Part shown: positions 1-12,858 of the stretch, piece after piece
How the letters are laid out: each line of letters starts with the position of its first letter
Position numbering within the stretch: the first letter of the stretch is position 1
Assembly: GCA_027604505.1 (NCBI GenBank)
Contig: JADIIX010000029.1
Location: 1-64,000 of the forward strand
DNA: 64,000 nt
Direction of reading: 5' to 3'
DNA from: Gonapodya sp. JEL0774
Lineage: Eukaryota
Position numbers and translations under genes: made by a program
Notes under the pieces: model-generated
What the model was told of the DNA's origin: nothing
The model's database searches: none
The model's input: only the letters and a program-made list of their open reading frames with translations

Positions 1-883
1 AACCTTTTCCGAGTAAGCCATATCAGCACCGAGCATGAGATGACTGCCCATGTCAGTCGCATGCGAAGATTCCAGCCATGGGTGACTCATTACGTCCCAG
101 ACCCGGCACGCATGAGCGCGACACCAGCTCACTCAACTCGCGAGATGCAAACGCCAGTTGACGCTGCAGTTGCTCAGCAAGACATAGCTCAAGTTGACCT
201 GGGCCCTGACTTCCAACCGACCTACGTGGTGGAAGCTATCCTCGACAAGAAGGTGCAACCCGAAACCAAAGGGGCACTGGTCGAATACCTCGTGAAGTTC
301 CGTGGGTATGCTACACCGGAGTGGCAACCCGAAGGCCTCCTAGCGGCCGACGACCTTATCGATGCGTACGAACGCAACCACCCCCGTCCGGACGGGAAGA
401 TCCTTACGCGCCGCGCTCGCCGTAGAGGATTCGCACAGCGCCGTAAGCTGCTGCGAGAATACGTTGACCAAGTGCGTCGCACCGCACCACCTGATGCCGA
501 CCCGACCACCCTACCGACGTACGAGTGGTATATGTGAACACGAATTGCTCGAGTGGGACTCGCTTTTGAGAACCCCGGGGAGTGTTGTGAGACGACGGCT
601 AAAAGCGGGAGTTTAGCCGGAGTCACGTGACCCCACGAGCACAACGACTGTCGTCCCGTTCACCTCCACGCGTCACCCCTGGTCGCGGCACCCATTCCTT
701 GGATAGATATGATATCTATTAGTATAATAGATGCATATAGAGTAGTTTTTAGATTTTTCTAGTGACCTTAGTTGTGCCAGCGGCTCGGCTGTGACCGCTT
801 GGCAACACACTGTATTCGAGTTCAGACATACATACATTGAGTTTCGGGACAGAAACCCACCGGTTCCGCCGCGAACCACCACA
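1..883 (+). mobile_element. 3' end of a Ty3/Gypsy chromovirus LTR retrotransposon (integrase C-terminus with chromodomain, PPT, 3' LTR); truncated by the window start
   Basis: The ORF ending at 537 encodes a chromodomain (YVVEAILDKK...EYLVKFRGYATPEWQPEGLL...IDAY) preceded by an HVSRMRRF integrase-tail-like motif. It is followed by a purine-ending tract (GGGGAG, 577-582) and then TGTTGTG at 583. Confidence 0.75.
583..883 (+). repeat. Putative 3' LTR (~301 bp)
   Basis: Starts TGTTGTG directly after the PPT-like tract and ends CACCACA (877-883), an imperfect terminal inverted repeat with TG...CA ends. An AT-rich TATA-like patch lies at ~705-735. No second copy is in the window to confirm it. 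Confidence 0.55.
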
Positions 884-2253
884 AGATGTGTTGTCATTGA
901 TCCTCTAGCTTCAGTCAGTTCAGCACAAAACTCTGTACAATACTGATGTTTATCTGGGTAATGTTTGTACCAAATTTCAGCTTGGTCAATGGAGAAATGA
1001 TCCTTCCAGGACTCGTTCTATGTCTGGGTCCAACTTCAACGTCCACATTGGGCTCCATCTCCAACTCATCCTGGTCCACAGTGTACGATTCATTTTCGAC
1101 CTCAAAAGAGTTGCGTTTAGTTCTTTTGACTCCTGATGATTCGTTCATTGGCAGTTTCAACATGGCTGGTTTGTGATGGGGGACTGCAACTCTGGCCCCA
1201 AGACACTCCAACAATTCAGATGCCGTTTTCACATTCCTGTTAGTGATTTTGGCCCATAATTCGTTGTCAGTTTGAGTCTGATTGCTTTGGCAAACTTCTC
1301 ATCCGTTTCCTGATAGAAGCTCCTGAGGTGCAGGAAGTGAAACTACACATCAGGTAACGTGGGACTGGAACCTGCTCACAGTGTTGGTATATGTTCTGAC
1401 ATTGTGTATGATATGTGGAACATACATGTAATTTGTAAACTAGATTAGCCAGCCACACATAGATGAGTTGTGGCACATGTAATACACAAAGTTGTGCACA
1501 GACAAAGGACACCCAGGCTAGCATAGAGATTGCGGTTCTTAGCAGTGAGCACGGCAACGTCATCAGCTCCAATCTCATCACGAAAATGATTAGTAATGGT
1601 CCGAAACTCAGTGAGCCCAAAAAGAGAACTCATTGCCCAATGATTTCATGCTGGCACACTCTAGTGGCTCTTGAAATAGTAGAAGGTGTTGGGTGATCTT
1701 TCTATGCATTGCACATGTGATTCACCAAATCGTATCAAGGATAATTTCTTCTGCACTAATGTCCTCAGGGGGCTTGATGATCTTGGGGTACTGGGTGAAG
1801 TCCTCAGTAGTTGATTGGGTGGATCAGCTGGCTGTGTAGTGACATCAATACCATGACAAGCTGAACTGCACCACAAATTTCTGCAATGAGTTCATCCCGT
1901 CTGGTGAGATCAACTTCTACCTTCTTCAGACCAGTTTGTAGGTGTGATGTGAGGATGTTGCCTTTCAGACTGGCTCATGCTGCCTTGTGAGCATTGACAA
2001 ATTTGTTGTGCTGAGCTGAGACGCCGCAGATCATTTCAGGAGAGTTGTGTCAACATGCGGAGTCTCTGCAGTGGTCTTTTTTCAAACTCTATGTAACATG
2101 ATGGCATGCATTGCTTCCATGACCAATGCTGACCACGTTGCATGTTATCACTGACCGGGGCGTTTGGATTGCGCGTGGACAAGTGTTAGAGATAAAGTAT
2201 CGAGTGTGTCGAAATGATGGGGGCAAATAATATGAGGGGGAAGACAAGTTCAG

Positions 2254-3915
2254 ATGAAGACGAGTTCTTTCCGCCGAGTCCCGAGGAACTCTAATCGCAC
2301 TGGCACATCCAACGATACTTCGTCGCGATCTTCAGCTGTGCTCGGAACCACCAAATGCCCCGCGAATTTTCTACCCCTTGTGTCCACCGGGACAGATCTC
2401 GATCAGCTGTTTGGTGGGGGGATCCCTCTTGGGAGTGTTACTATATTATTGGAGGATCGTCTGACGTCCTACGCTGACCGCGCACTGGCATGCTTTGTGA
2501 CTCAGGTGTGTTTCTGCTCAAAACAGGTGTGGATGGTAATCGCCGCCGGCTGCACTGTTCCACTCCTTCGTAGGGGTTGGTAAGCCAGCACTCGGTTTTT
2601 GTCGCCGGTGGTGATGTTTCCGAGTTCCTCCATGATCTGCCGGCGGTCTGGGTGGGGTCCAAGAAGGGTGGGGAGGATAGACATGTAAGAACGGAGCTTC
2701 CTGAAGCAGACGACGACAAGCCACCACAATCAGGTATTTCATTGCAGCAAAACATCATTAAAATCGGTGATGTCGCTATTGTATTATCGGTTTGGGTTTC
2801 ACAGATGCCGCCAGTGATGTCATGTCCATCGCGTGGAGATACTCCTCTCTCCCTACTTTCTCGACCCATCTTGGCAATTCTACAGACCAGCTCAAAGTGC
2901 CCTCTATCACAAACAAGCGTGTTGGCTTTTCAGCAGTGTCAGACAAGCAGATTAGCCCTGGAGTGGAGGACGAGCCGGGGTACCGGACGGTGTTTGACTT
3001 TGCGAAGAGGTTCTCGCCGGAGGAGCTCCTCAAGGCAGAGGGGCGAATATCCCGTCTCGAAATAAGCTCTCTTGGAACCACATCCAAGAGTGGGGGGGTG
3101 GATACTGTTTCGGATCCCTTCCAAGCTGTCCTCTCGAACCTCGCCCACCTCGCTCCCACCATCAGCGGCACGTCGAGCACTCCTATTGCACCCTTGCGAA
3201 TTGCTATCAGATCACTATGTGATCCTAGCTGGCTCTCCGCACTCCAGGTGTCGGCTTCTCTCGACCACACGCAGATGACCGCGGTCGTGTATCGATTCCT
3301 GCACTCGCTTCGCCTGCTTCTCAGAGCACGTCATGCCGCAGCGGTGGTTACTATACCATCGTATTTGCATGGAGATGGACAGATTGGTGGCAATAGGAGC
3401 TGGGCGGTAAGGAGGTGGGAATCCGTTGCGGACGCTGTGGTGGAGTTTGAGAGCTTCGAAGGTGGGTACGAACGCACACATTTCAAAAACTCTTGAGCAT
3501 CTCGCCATACGCGAAAGCTATACGTTGAAACTCTCTGCTTTGTTTTGCTTTGTGTCGCACAGGCACTTGTCGAATCGTCCATCCGTCGTTTCGCCAGGAC
3601 TACCACGGGCTCCTTCACCCGCACAAACTCCACCGTCTCGGCACACTCACGAACCAAACCCGAGTTCCCGAGATCGAGCTGAAGAATCTGGCTTTCCGGG
3701 TACGGAGGAGGAAGTTTTGCGTAGAGACGTTCCATCTACCACCGGAGTTGGGCGACGGTCAGAATCGTGTTGCAGAAGAGCGCCATGGAGCTGGTAGTGG
3801 TAGCGCTGATACAAAGCGAGAGCAGAGTGCAAGGGGCCACGACCATGGGCATGAAGGGCATGGCAACACAGGACCGGTGGCGGGCATCGCAAGTGGGAAG
3901 AACTTGGAGTTTTAG
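2254..3915 (+). CDS. ELP4: Elongator complex subunit Elp4 (spliced)
   Basis: STGTDLDQLFGGGIPLGS...LLED, MSIAWRY, FDFAKR, LRIAIRSLCDPSW, FRVRRRKFCVETFHLPPE and C-terminal LEF, with GT-AG introns between the blocks. Confidence 0.9.
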
Positions 3916-4404
3916 GACATTCTCCGGTGATATGTGCGGGGGGACTTTTCGAGTACGACACACAGTGTTGCCAGATCCTTTGAACTCGTGCCCATTGGTG
4001 TGCTGCACGGGATTGGTGTTCTTCACAGGGTGTGCTTCACGGGGATCGGAGTGCTTGCGTTGACTTCGAAACCGATCCAGCTTCGGGGAACAGAACCACC
4101 GACAGGAGGTGTGGTGGAACGCAAATACGAACTTTTTTTCACATGTGTATACACGAATCCGCGAGCCTAAATGGAAAATGAGAAGCTAAAGTAATGCTAC
4201 GTGCCTTCATGATCACCCCTAAAACGAGGTGCGATTGATCCGCCGCACCTTCCGTGCAGTCATTGCACCCACCAATAAACCCACGAGGCCTCTCGAGTCC
4301 CTCACTCCCCAGCACCCCAAATCAAGCGATAGCGAGAGATCCGCGACGTTCCTCGTTCTCGGACATCCCCTCCACTCCCACATTTGCATGCACCACCGAC
4401 CTCC

Positions 4405-7118
4405 CTAGTTCCACCCGTGCCCCCCGTGATGTCCTTGCGTCCCGCTGTGCACCATCCCCTGTCCGTGTCCCTCCCCACCGTGCCCCTGCCCCTGCCCGTG
4501 CCCGTGCCGTCCCTCCCCGACGTCCCATATCTGCCCGTTCCCCTGACCCTGATCCTGCAGAGTGCCGATGGCCACGCCCATATGATTCCCCATTCCCATG
4601 TTGCCCATGCCCATCGCCATGTTCCCCATGCCCATACTCCCCGTATTCCCCAAGCCCATGCCCATGCCCATGCCCATTCCCCCCTGCCCCTGGCCCCCCT
4701 GCATCGCTCCCATCCCTCCAACCCCCCCAGACCCGCCACCCCCCATGGCCACCTCCTCCACCACCCCCCTCCACTCCCTCCACTCCTCCCCCTCGACGAC
4801 CGCCTCGGCCACCACCCGCTCACACTCGGCCATCTCCTCTGGCCCGCAGAAGAACTGGCAGCACCAGATGCGCGGGGGGTGCGGGGGGTGCGGGGTAGCG
4901 GTTGTGGAGGTGGAGGGAGGGTGATCCGCGCGGGGGGGGAGGGGACGGTCGTGGATGCGGGTGGAGAGGGCGATGCACGAGCAAGCGATGACGTGGGCTG
5001 GGTAGATGAGCGAGGCGGGGGATTTGTAGCTAGCGGGGGCGTGGAGGGGGTGGGACGGTGCGAGGGGGGGTGCAGGGGCGGTAGGGGGTGCGAGTGTGTG
5101 TGGGACCGGACGAGAGCAAGGGAAAAGCAGGCACCGAGCCGAGCCAGCGTGGTGGGGTGGAGAGGGGAGGGGTTCCACGACCCTGCAATCCCCACCAACG
5201 CACGACGGATCCGATCCGCAGAGGTACACGGAAGAATCGGTCGAACCGTTCCTCGTTCCTCACTTCCCCCACTTGTCCTTCGATTCCCCTTTCCCCTTCC
5301 TCCGTCCCACCTTGCCCGTCAACCCACGGCCCACTGTCCCATCCACACGCCACCGGTCCGGGACTGATGTGCCCTCCCCCACCCCTCCCCCACAATATTC
5401 CACCCGGACCCACCTCTCACTCCCGATCAACCAAGCCATGCGTGCGATGGATTCCCAGTCGTAGATGGGGTCGGAGTATTGGTCTGGTCGGAGGGGGGGA
5501 GGGGGGGGGGTTTGGTTGGTGGGGAGGCAAACGTGAGGACAGTGACAAGGTGCGAAATGAGGATTCGGGATGGATCGGATCGGGGGCACGACAGACTGGA
5601 GAAGGTAGACGGTAGACCACCATCACCACCATCAGGTCACCCCAACGCCGCCTCCGACTTCAAACCACTGCACTATTCCCCATCCTCGCCACTTCCCCCC
5701 CCTCCCCGCCTTCCCCCTTCTTCCCCGTCCCATGCCACAAACCTAAAACACCCACCCGCCAACCTCGCACAAAACTTGACGACGAACTTTTGCGGGTGGA
5801 AGATGCGGAAGTCGAAGCCCAGGGTCTCGAGGACCACGCGCTCGAGATTGACATATTGGGGTTTGAGGCGGTCGGCGTCCTGTGGGGGGGAGGGTGGCAG
5901 GGAAGGGAGGGAAGGGAGGGGAAGATGGGGATAGAAGGGAAAGGAGGGATTCGCGGGGTAGGATACGGATCGACGGTTTCAATGGCACGCACAGGGACAG
6001 GGAATAGGGGGGCAGCAGCAACCGCACGAACACAGGTACTTTTACGAACAGACTCCCTGCACGAAGTCGGTTCCACGGTATCCCGCGAACACATTTTCAC
6101 TCCCACAGTCCCACAGTCCCACAGTCCCACACTCCCCCTGCGCCCACCCATACCCCACTCCCCACCTCCACTTTCACGCAGAGACAGACTCCCTGACTGC
6201 AGTCGGTTCCACGGTCAGTCCCACTCGCGTAGAGTTTCACTCCCGGTCGCACACTTCTCAACCCCCTCCCGAGCCCACATCCGCGCTACCCCTCCCCATG
6301 CAACCACGCAACCACACAGCGCCCCCGCAGCTCACGTTCTCGTCAAATTCCCTTCCCTCCATTTTTCCAAACTCGAGTATGATCTCCTTCATCTTCTTCA
6401 TAGTCTCCTCGATCTTGCATGCGACGAAGAGGCAGACTTGGGCGACGTCCTGGTGGGGGTGTGTGGGGTAGCGGTGGAGGGTATGAGATGGGGGGAGGGG
6501 TGGGGGGGGGGAAAGAGAGAGGGGTGGTGAGATGGCAACGGGAGGTGGATGGTGCCAAGGGGTGCGAACGGTGGTGTACGGGAGACTGCGCTCGGGGCAG
6601 GGGCATCTTGCGGGATTCGTGCCGAGGGGATGATCACATTTGGAGCACGCGGGCGTCACCAGCATCCTTTGTCACGCGCCCTTTGTGAGGTGTCGGGATG
6701 GAACGGGTGGGGTGACCACGTTTTTCCGCCCAAAGAACAACTTCAACCCCTTCATTTCACTCGCTCCTCTCATCACGGCCGATGGATCCGGTTGCGACGG
6801 TACTGTGGGAGGGCTACTGACCAGAGGGGAGACCTCGTTCAACGTCAATGGATGGGAGGCGTAGAACCTGTTCCATATTGTCTTTGCAGTTGCGTGCGTC
6901 CTCCACGGCAGTCTCAACCGTCTAGCAAGTTTCTCAATTGAGTCCATTGCGTATTTTCTGATTGATGATTCAGTTTGGATGAGGATTCCGTTTAAGTCGA
7001 GGTGGAGAGCGAGGTCGTGGAGAGAGAAGAAAGACTGGGTGTGGAACTGGGGACTGGACAGAGGGAATCGCATTGCCGTCACAAGCGTCGTGTCCTGCGG
7101 CGTGACCGGGGTCTGCAT
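4405..7118 (-). CDS. Transcriptional cyclin (cyclin K/T, Ctk2/Pch1-like) with a low-complexity G/M/H/Q-rich C-terminus (spliced)
   Basis: Cyclin box motifs across exons: LARRLRLPWRTHATAKTIWNRFY, DVAQVCLFVACKIEETMKK, LERVVLETLGFDFRIFHP, ARMAWLIGSE|SYKSPASLIYPAHVIACSCIAL. Confidence 0.8.
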
Positions 7119-8297
7119 CGGTCCGGCGGTGCGGGTGTGGCCGGAGTGTGGGGATTGTGGGGAATTAGTTGAGTCACGTGCGTGATCAGCACGAAAGCTT
7201 TACCACCGCATTAAAGCTGTTAGTCACTAATGCACCGTTGTACTTTTCAAGCTACTGCTTTTCATCCCAGTTACCACGCCAAATGACTTATCTCCCCCCA
7301 CCACGGTTCACTGCCATCAAGCTGGTTTAATGGTACCTGTCCTCGGGTCTGACTTAATTAAAAGCCCCACTAACGTCCACCTAACGACGGGAGGGATGTG
7401 GGCTGTAGAGGGTTTATAAAGTGTGATGTGAGGTCAACCAGAAGAACTTCCAATTTTAAACAAATGGTAAGAACCCAAAAGAAGGTCCCAAAAACACAGA
7501 ACACAAAATAAGTGAAGTACTCACCTCGTGAGCTCAAATTGGAGGTCGGAATCTTGGAGTTGGCAAACATGAATAGAAACAGCCGGTTTCTTGCATCGCT
7601 CACACTCTGTTCCAGACGGTACGACACCCAGGCATGGAACACAACCTAGAGCAAAATTGTTCAGTAAGGAGTTACTACTGGATACATTCAATAGAAATCA
7701 AACTCACCGAACACCCCACAGCTTTTGCTTTGCTCCTCCCTCCTTTGGGAAAAAGTTCAAGCACTTTGAACAAACCCTACTCGATCTGAACTCATTGATA
7801 AGTACAGCTGTAATACCAGCCAAGATGAAGCCCAATCTATGAGTTTATTGGGACTCGTACTGCGCCGAGGACTTGACTATGAAAAGTGGGGAAGGAAACA
7901 ATAACAGACACTTTAGAATTCTGAAATAATATGCACCACCAATAGGGCTCCAGACAACCCAAAACTCACCTGATCAAATACAGCTGGACCCCATGCAATG
8001 ATACCATCACAAGGATCACGTCCACCAGTGAATTTCCTCACGAGCTTTGCCAGTGCAACTTGCTCCCCTTTCTCAGATGTGAAGTGGAATCCGACGTGCA
8101 AGCAATTTCAGTACCGGGATGGAATAGATGTGGCCCCTGCACTGTGCGTGACCTGAGTCGGCGTGCGAATCCTCCGCCCCCCGCGCTCAACGCATCCACG
8201 CACTCGCTACAGTCCACTCACCCCGTCCACCACACTCACTCGCACTCCCCTCTGTTCCCCTGTGTCCTGCTCTGTCCCCTTCTCCCCTCCCCTCTCC

Positions 8298-11200
8298 ATG
8301 TCTGACCTCGACAGGTCTGTTCAGTTCCCTTTCCCCCGTTCCCCCGTTCCCCATTTCCCCCTTTCCCCCTTTCCCCTGCTTTTTCATTTCATTTCCATTT
8401 TCAAAGTCGTCACAAAATGGAAATGCCCGTGTCAGCCTCGCTTTTCTTTCATCACGGCGACGTCTCCGCTACTTAATTGCCACAAACCCTCCCCTGGCAC
8501 ACCTGTGACCCTGGGACAACTGGGACTTTACTCTTTGGAGACGGAGCTGGTGGCCAGATTGGCCCTGCCTGCCCTCGTTTGGCCTGCTTTTCCTTCGGTA
8601 CTCCTCACACCCGGACTGCACATGACAGGACCAGTCGGGAGTCCCGTCTGGGACACGGAACAACAATGACAGAACAGGAATCACACACACTGTTCTCCCA
8701 CCTCTCAACTCCCCTCTGTCTCTGCCCCCTCCAGTTCCGTGCCCCATTCTCACCCCTTCTTGCCCTCCTCCCTCCCCCCTTTCCCTACCCTATCCCAATC
8801 CCCCCTCCCCAGACTCATCTCCCAACTCTCCTCCTGCCAACTCATCAAAGAATCAGAGGTCCGCTCTCTCTGCGAAAAGGCGCGCGAGATCCTCATTGAG
8901 GAGGGAAACGTCCAGAGGGTCGACGCACCCGTGACGGTGGGTTTCTTTTGGTTCAGTGAGGGGAGGGGTGCGTGGGTCAGCGCGAGCGTCAGGGAGCGAC
9001 TGTCCCGACTACAGGGAGGGAGTCCGCCAGAGGCGAATGATCCTTTCCTGCCGGCCAGCGCGAGCGTCCGTCTCCACCGAAGGCAGGGAGTCTGTAGACC
9101 GTTTGCTCTTCCCTTGAACCACCACAACTGGCCTTTGCTCACCGTTTTCCTCTCCCTCTTTCCCTCTTGTCCCCTCTCCCCTTTCCCTCTCTTCTCTCTT
9201 CCGTCTCCCCTCTCGCCCCTTCCCTCTGCACCCTCTTCCCAACCCGCCGCACAAAAGATATGCGGCGACATCCACGGGCAATTCTACGATTTGAAGGAGC
9301 TGTTCAAGGTGGGTTTGGACGTAGGGGCGTGGAGGGTGTGGGGTGGTTTCGAGGAGCGACACGGGGGTGCGGACGGGACGGAGAGATGGAGACGGGAGAT
9401 GGGGGACGCGGATCGGTCTATGGGCGGCCGAGCACCACCCCGCAAAGGGTGACGAGGCCCCCCTTCTCCAGTCGTCACGGTCGCCCACGTCCGGTCCATT
9501 GGCCTTCTCCCTTCACCGCACTCACGGGTTCCTTGTCGTTGCTCGTTGCCTTCCGCCCATGTTCCCATTTACCCATGTCCCAATGTCCCCGTTGCTCACT
9601 TTCCCTCTCCCACACCCCACTCCACCCCCTCGGCCCCCCGCTTAGGTCGGCGGCAAATGCCCCGACACCAACTACCTCTTCCTTGGCGACTTTGTCGACC
9701 GCGGGTTCTACTCGGTCGAGACCTTTTTGCTGCTCCTGGCGCTCAAGGTGAGGTATCCCGATAGGATTACACTGGTGAGGGGGAACCATGAGTCGAGGCA
9801 GATTACGCAGTGAGTATTGGGGGGGGGGGGGTGGGTGGGTGGAGGCTTATGTGGGTCCGGGCGCTTGAGTGACGATGTTGAGCAGTTTGAGCGGATGAAG
9901 GGTGGCCGCATGTGTCGTACAGACTTCCGGTGCGATAACTTAGGCCAATTTGGTTACTGGTTCTGAGAGCGGGGTTCCACTTGACGAACGAGCGGGTGTT
10001 TGCCCAGTGGCCTCCGTGACGAGCGATACGATACGCTTTGTGTGTACTGATACATTCCGTCCACCTCCACTCTTTTCTGTTCCTCTATTTCTTTTTTTGC
10101 CGTGCACGTACGTAGGGTGTATGGGTTCTATGATGAATGGTGAGTTGGCGGGTAGGGTGGGAGGCGGAAGGGGTGATGAAGGGAGATGGGTGGGGGTCGT
10201 GGAGGGTGTCATCGACGTCGTTTCAACTGTGCTCATTTCGAACGACGAATCACACGGGGCCACACGCACGCCCATACGCAAAACACATAATATCCCGTCC
10301 CCGGTCCCCGATTCTTCTAATCGCGCGTATGATGGGTCGCCTCTAGCCTGCGAAAATTTGGCTCTGTGAACGTCTGGCGAGTGGGTTCATGTGTCCTTGG
10401 TCGCTTCTGTTATCCTCCTCGTTCCGCTCACCTCACCTAGTCCCTCCCCCTCCCCCTTTAGTACTGCTGCGACATCTTCGACTACCTCTCCCTCTCTGCC
10501 GTGATCGACGACCGCATCTTCGCGGTGCATGGAGGCCTGAGTCCCTCGGTCAACACACTTGACCAGATCAGGACCATTGATAGGAAACAGGAAGTGCCAC
10601 ATGATGGGGCAATGTGTGATTTGTTGTGGTCGGATCCGGAAGGTGGGTTAGGGTGATGGGGTGGGGTGGAGTGCGTTGTGATGCGGTGCGGTGTGGATGG
10701 AAGTGGTGTGGAGTGGATGCGAGGGGCGATGGAGGGAAGAGGGACGGGATGTGTGCGGACAAGGCGTTGGGTCGTGGTGAAGGGGCGGACTTGAGCTCAC
10801 TTTTCTGATCGTTCCTCTTTCTTTTGATGGGCCCACACGACGTATCTTTGCCACCACGCTGCGATTATTCGAATACCCTGGAACACTCCACGCCCGGCGT
10901 CACTCTCACCCACCTTGCAAACACACCTCGCTCACCCGGCCCGGCCCGCGCGAATCCAACCGCCACATCGCCTCGACACTCCCTCCGCATGTCGACGATA
11001 CACCACATGCGCCAACAGAAATCGACGGCTGGGGTCTAAGCCCCCGAGGAGCGGGTTACCTGTTCGGGTCCGACGTGGCCTCGGTGTTTCTACAAGCCAA
11101 CGGGCTGGATTTGATCGCGCGAGCACATCAACTGGTTATGGAGGGGTATAAGCTCATGTTCAAGGAGACGGTCGTGACGGTGTGGAGCGCGCCGAATTAT

Positions 11201-11560
11201 TGCTACCGGTGAGTCGGTCGGCGATCCGCAAGGGATCCGGGCTGGACGTGTGGTGGGGGTGGTGCAATCTCGATACTGTGGGTTGCTTTCTGACTCCTAT
11301 CTGGTCTGTGGCTCTGGCTGTGCGCGCGGCAGGTGTGGAAACGTTGCGGCGATACTGGAGCTCGACGAGCACCTGAACAAAAACTACAAGATTTTCGACG
11401 CGGCGCCTCAGGTGAGTTTTCGAGGTTCTCGAGCAGGGTCGTTTCCCGGTTGTTTACATTCTCGACATTGCTTCGACCCCGTATCGTTACGCTTTCCCAA
11501 TCACAGCAGGACGGCCGAGGCACTGCTTTGAAAAAGGTGGTGCCTGATTACTTCTTGTAA
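8298..11560 (+). CDS. PPH3: Serine/threonine protein phosphatase 4 catalytic subunit (PP2A-family, spliced)
   Basis: MSDLDR start, [74 protein letters not shown] and C-terminal DYFL. The GFYSVETF and DRKQE variants favour PP4 over PP2A or PP6. Confidence 0.9.
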
Positions 11561-11727
11561 ATTGCAGCAAAGAACTAAGAGCTACACGGACACCATTTGA
11601 CTACCGTAAAGCTAGAGTGGCTACTTTGTACATATAATTGCACTGATTGAAAATAATGGGGAGGTGGCTGTGGCTGTGAGATGACCTGAGTGGGTCCAAA
11701 CCCCGAACCAAACGCAGCACAATCAAA

Positions 11728-12678
11728 ATGGGGAGAATATCACGGCGCAGCGGTGCGGGTACACTATCGATTGCGGATGCGATGCGAAGTGAGTCCCACG
11801 GAGCGCGATGGCCGTCGCATTCTTTTTGAGATCTGATGATCGGAACTTGCTGATCCATGCTGCCTACATGAAAGAAATCTGCTCCCCACGAGCCCTCATC
11901 CCAAAGGAAGCCCGTCAGCTCGCGTCTTCTGGCAAGACCTATGTTGTGCACGATTCGTCACGCCCCTCGATCATCTGGGACGTGTCCTCTACCTCGGGGG
12001 CTCGCCCGAGCGGTCTCGGATGCCCGGCGCGATCGCCGACCATCACCTTTTCGGCCATCGTTATTTTATCCATGGCGCACGTGCTCACCAGCCAGAAGCA
12101 CCCGGTGATCCCGTACCATTCGACGGAGAGTGTGGAGTCTTTGCACATCGCGCCAGAGTTGAATTCGACCGGAAACTTGCTGGACGGTTCAGAACGAACG
12201 CTTGTATCCGCATCGAGAGTGAGCGGCAGTGAAATGTCGCTGTTTGGGAAGGAAGGACAAGGTCCCGTTCAAACACTATCATCGCAAACGAACTGTACGA
12301 CTGTCAGGGATCGATTTCCCGACATCACCGCCCATGGCGCATGGATGCTAAGAAAGCATTGGATCAGTGCACTTCTGGTGCGGAGATTGGTGGAGCGAAA
12401 GGCGGGAGCGGCGAGCAGGGACGGTCTTGTTAGAGAGCTTTTGGCACGGGTGCGTGGCCCGCGAGATTCGGGGAGCTCGTTTTCTGTCCATCTGCAAGGA
12501 ACTCAACGGCTCTAACGATGAGAACCCGTTTCTCTTTGCTCCGCAGGGCTACGAAATGAAAACGATCCCCCAACACGTGCGGTTCCTTCTGGACAACGAT
12601 CTTCTCGAAGTGTCCGTGCAGGACGGCACACCGATTTTTCGTGTGCCGTCGACGAACACGCGTTACGAGCCATATTGA
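11728..12678 (+). CDS. Hypothetical protein (spliced, model uncertain)
   Basis: ATG at 11728, a GTGAGT donor at ~11789, and overlapping open frames 11808-12515 and 12367-12678. No family recognised. Confidence 0.35.
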
Positions 12679-12858
12679 ACAATTCAACGAAAATTTTGTC
12701 TTGATTTGGAGCTGTTAATGAGAAACACTCTTGACCCGAAGATAAATGATCACGTTCCGTTCGAAAAGAAGGATGTTGGGCAGTCTGAGACATCACCGGT
12801 ACCTCCTTACCAAATGAAACACGATAATCTTTGTCTTTAGTAGATGGATCAGACCGTA

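Noticed and set aside
6101..6135. CCCACAGT tandem repeat as a CRISPR-like or functional array
   Set aside because: It is a short intronic microsatellite without spacers in a eukaryotic gene.
4254..6688. Many long overlapping Pro/Gly-rich ORFs on both strands
   Set aside because: They are shadows of GC-skewed introns and the low-complexity cyclin exon, with no independent coding motifs.
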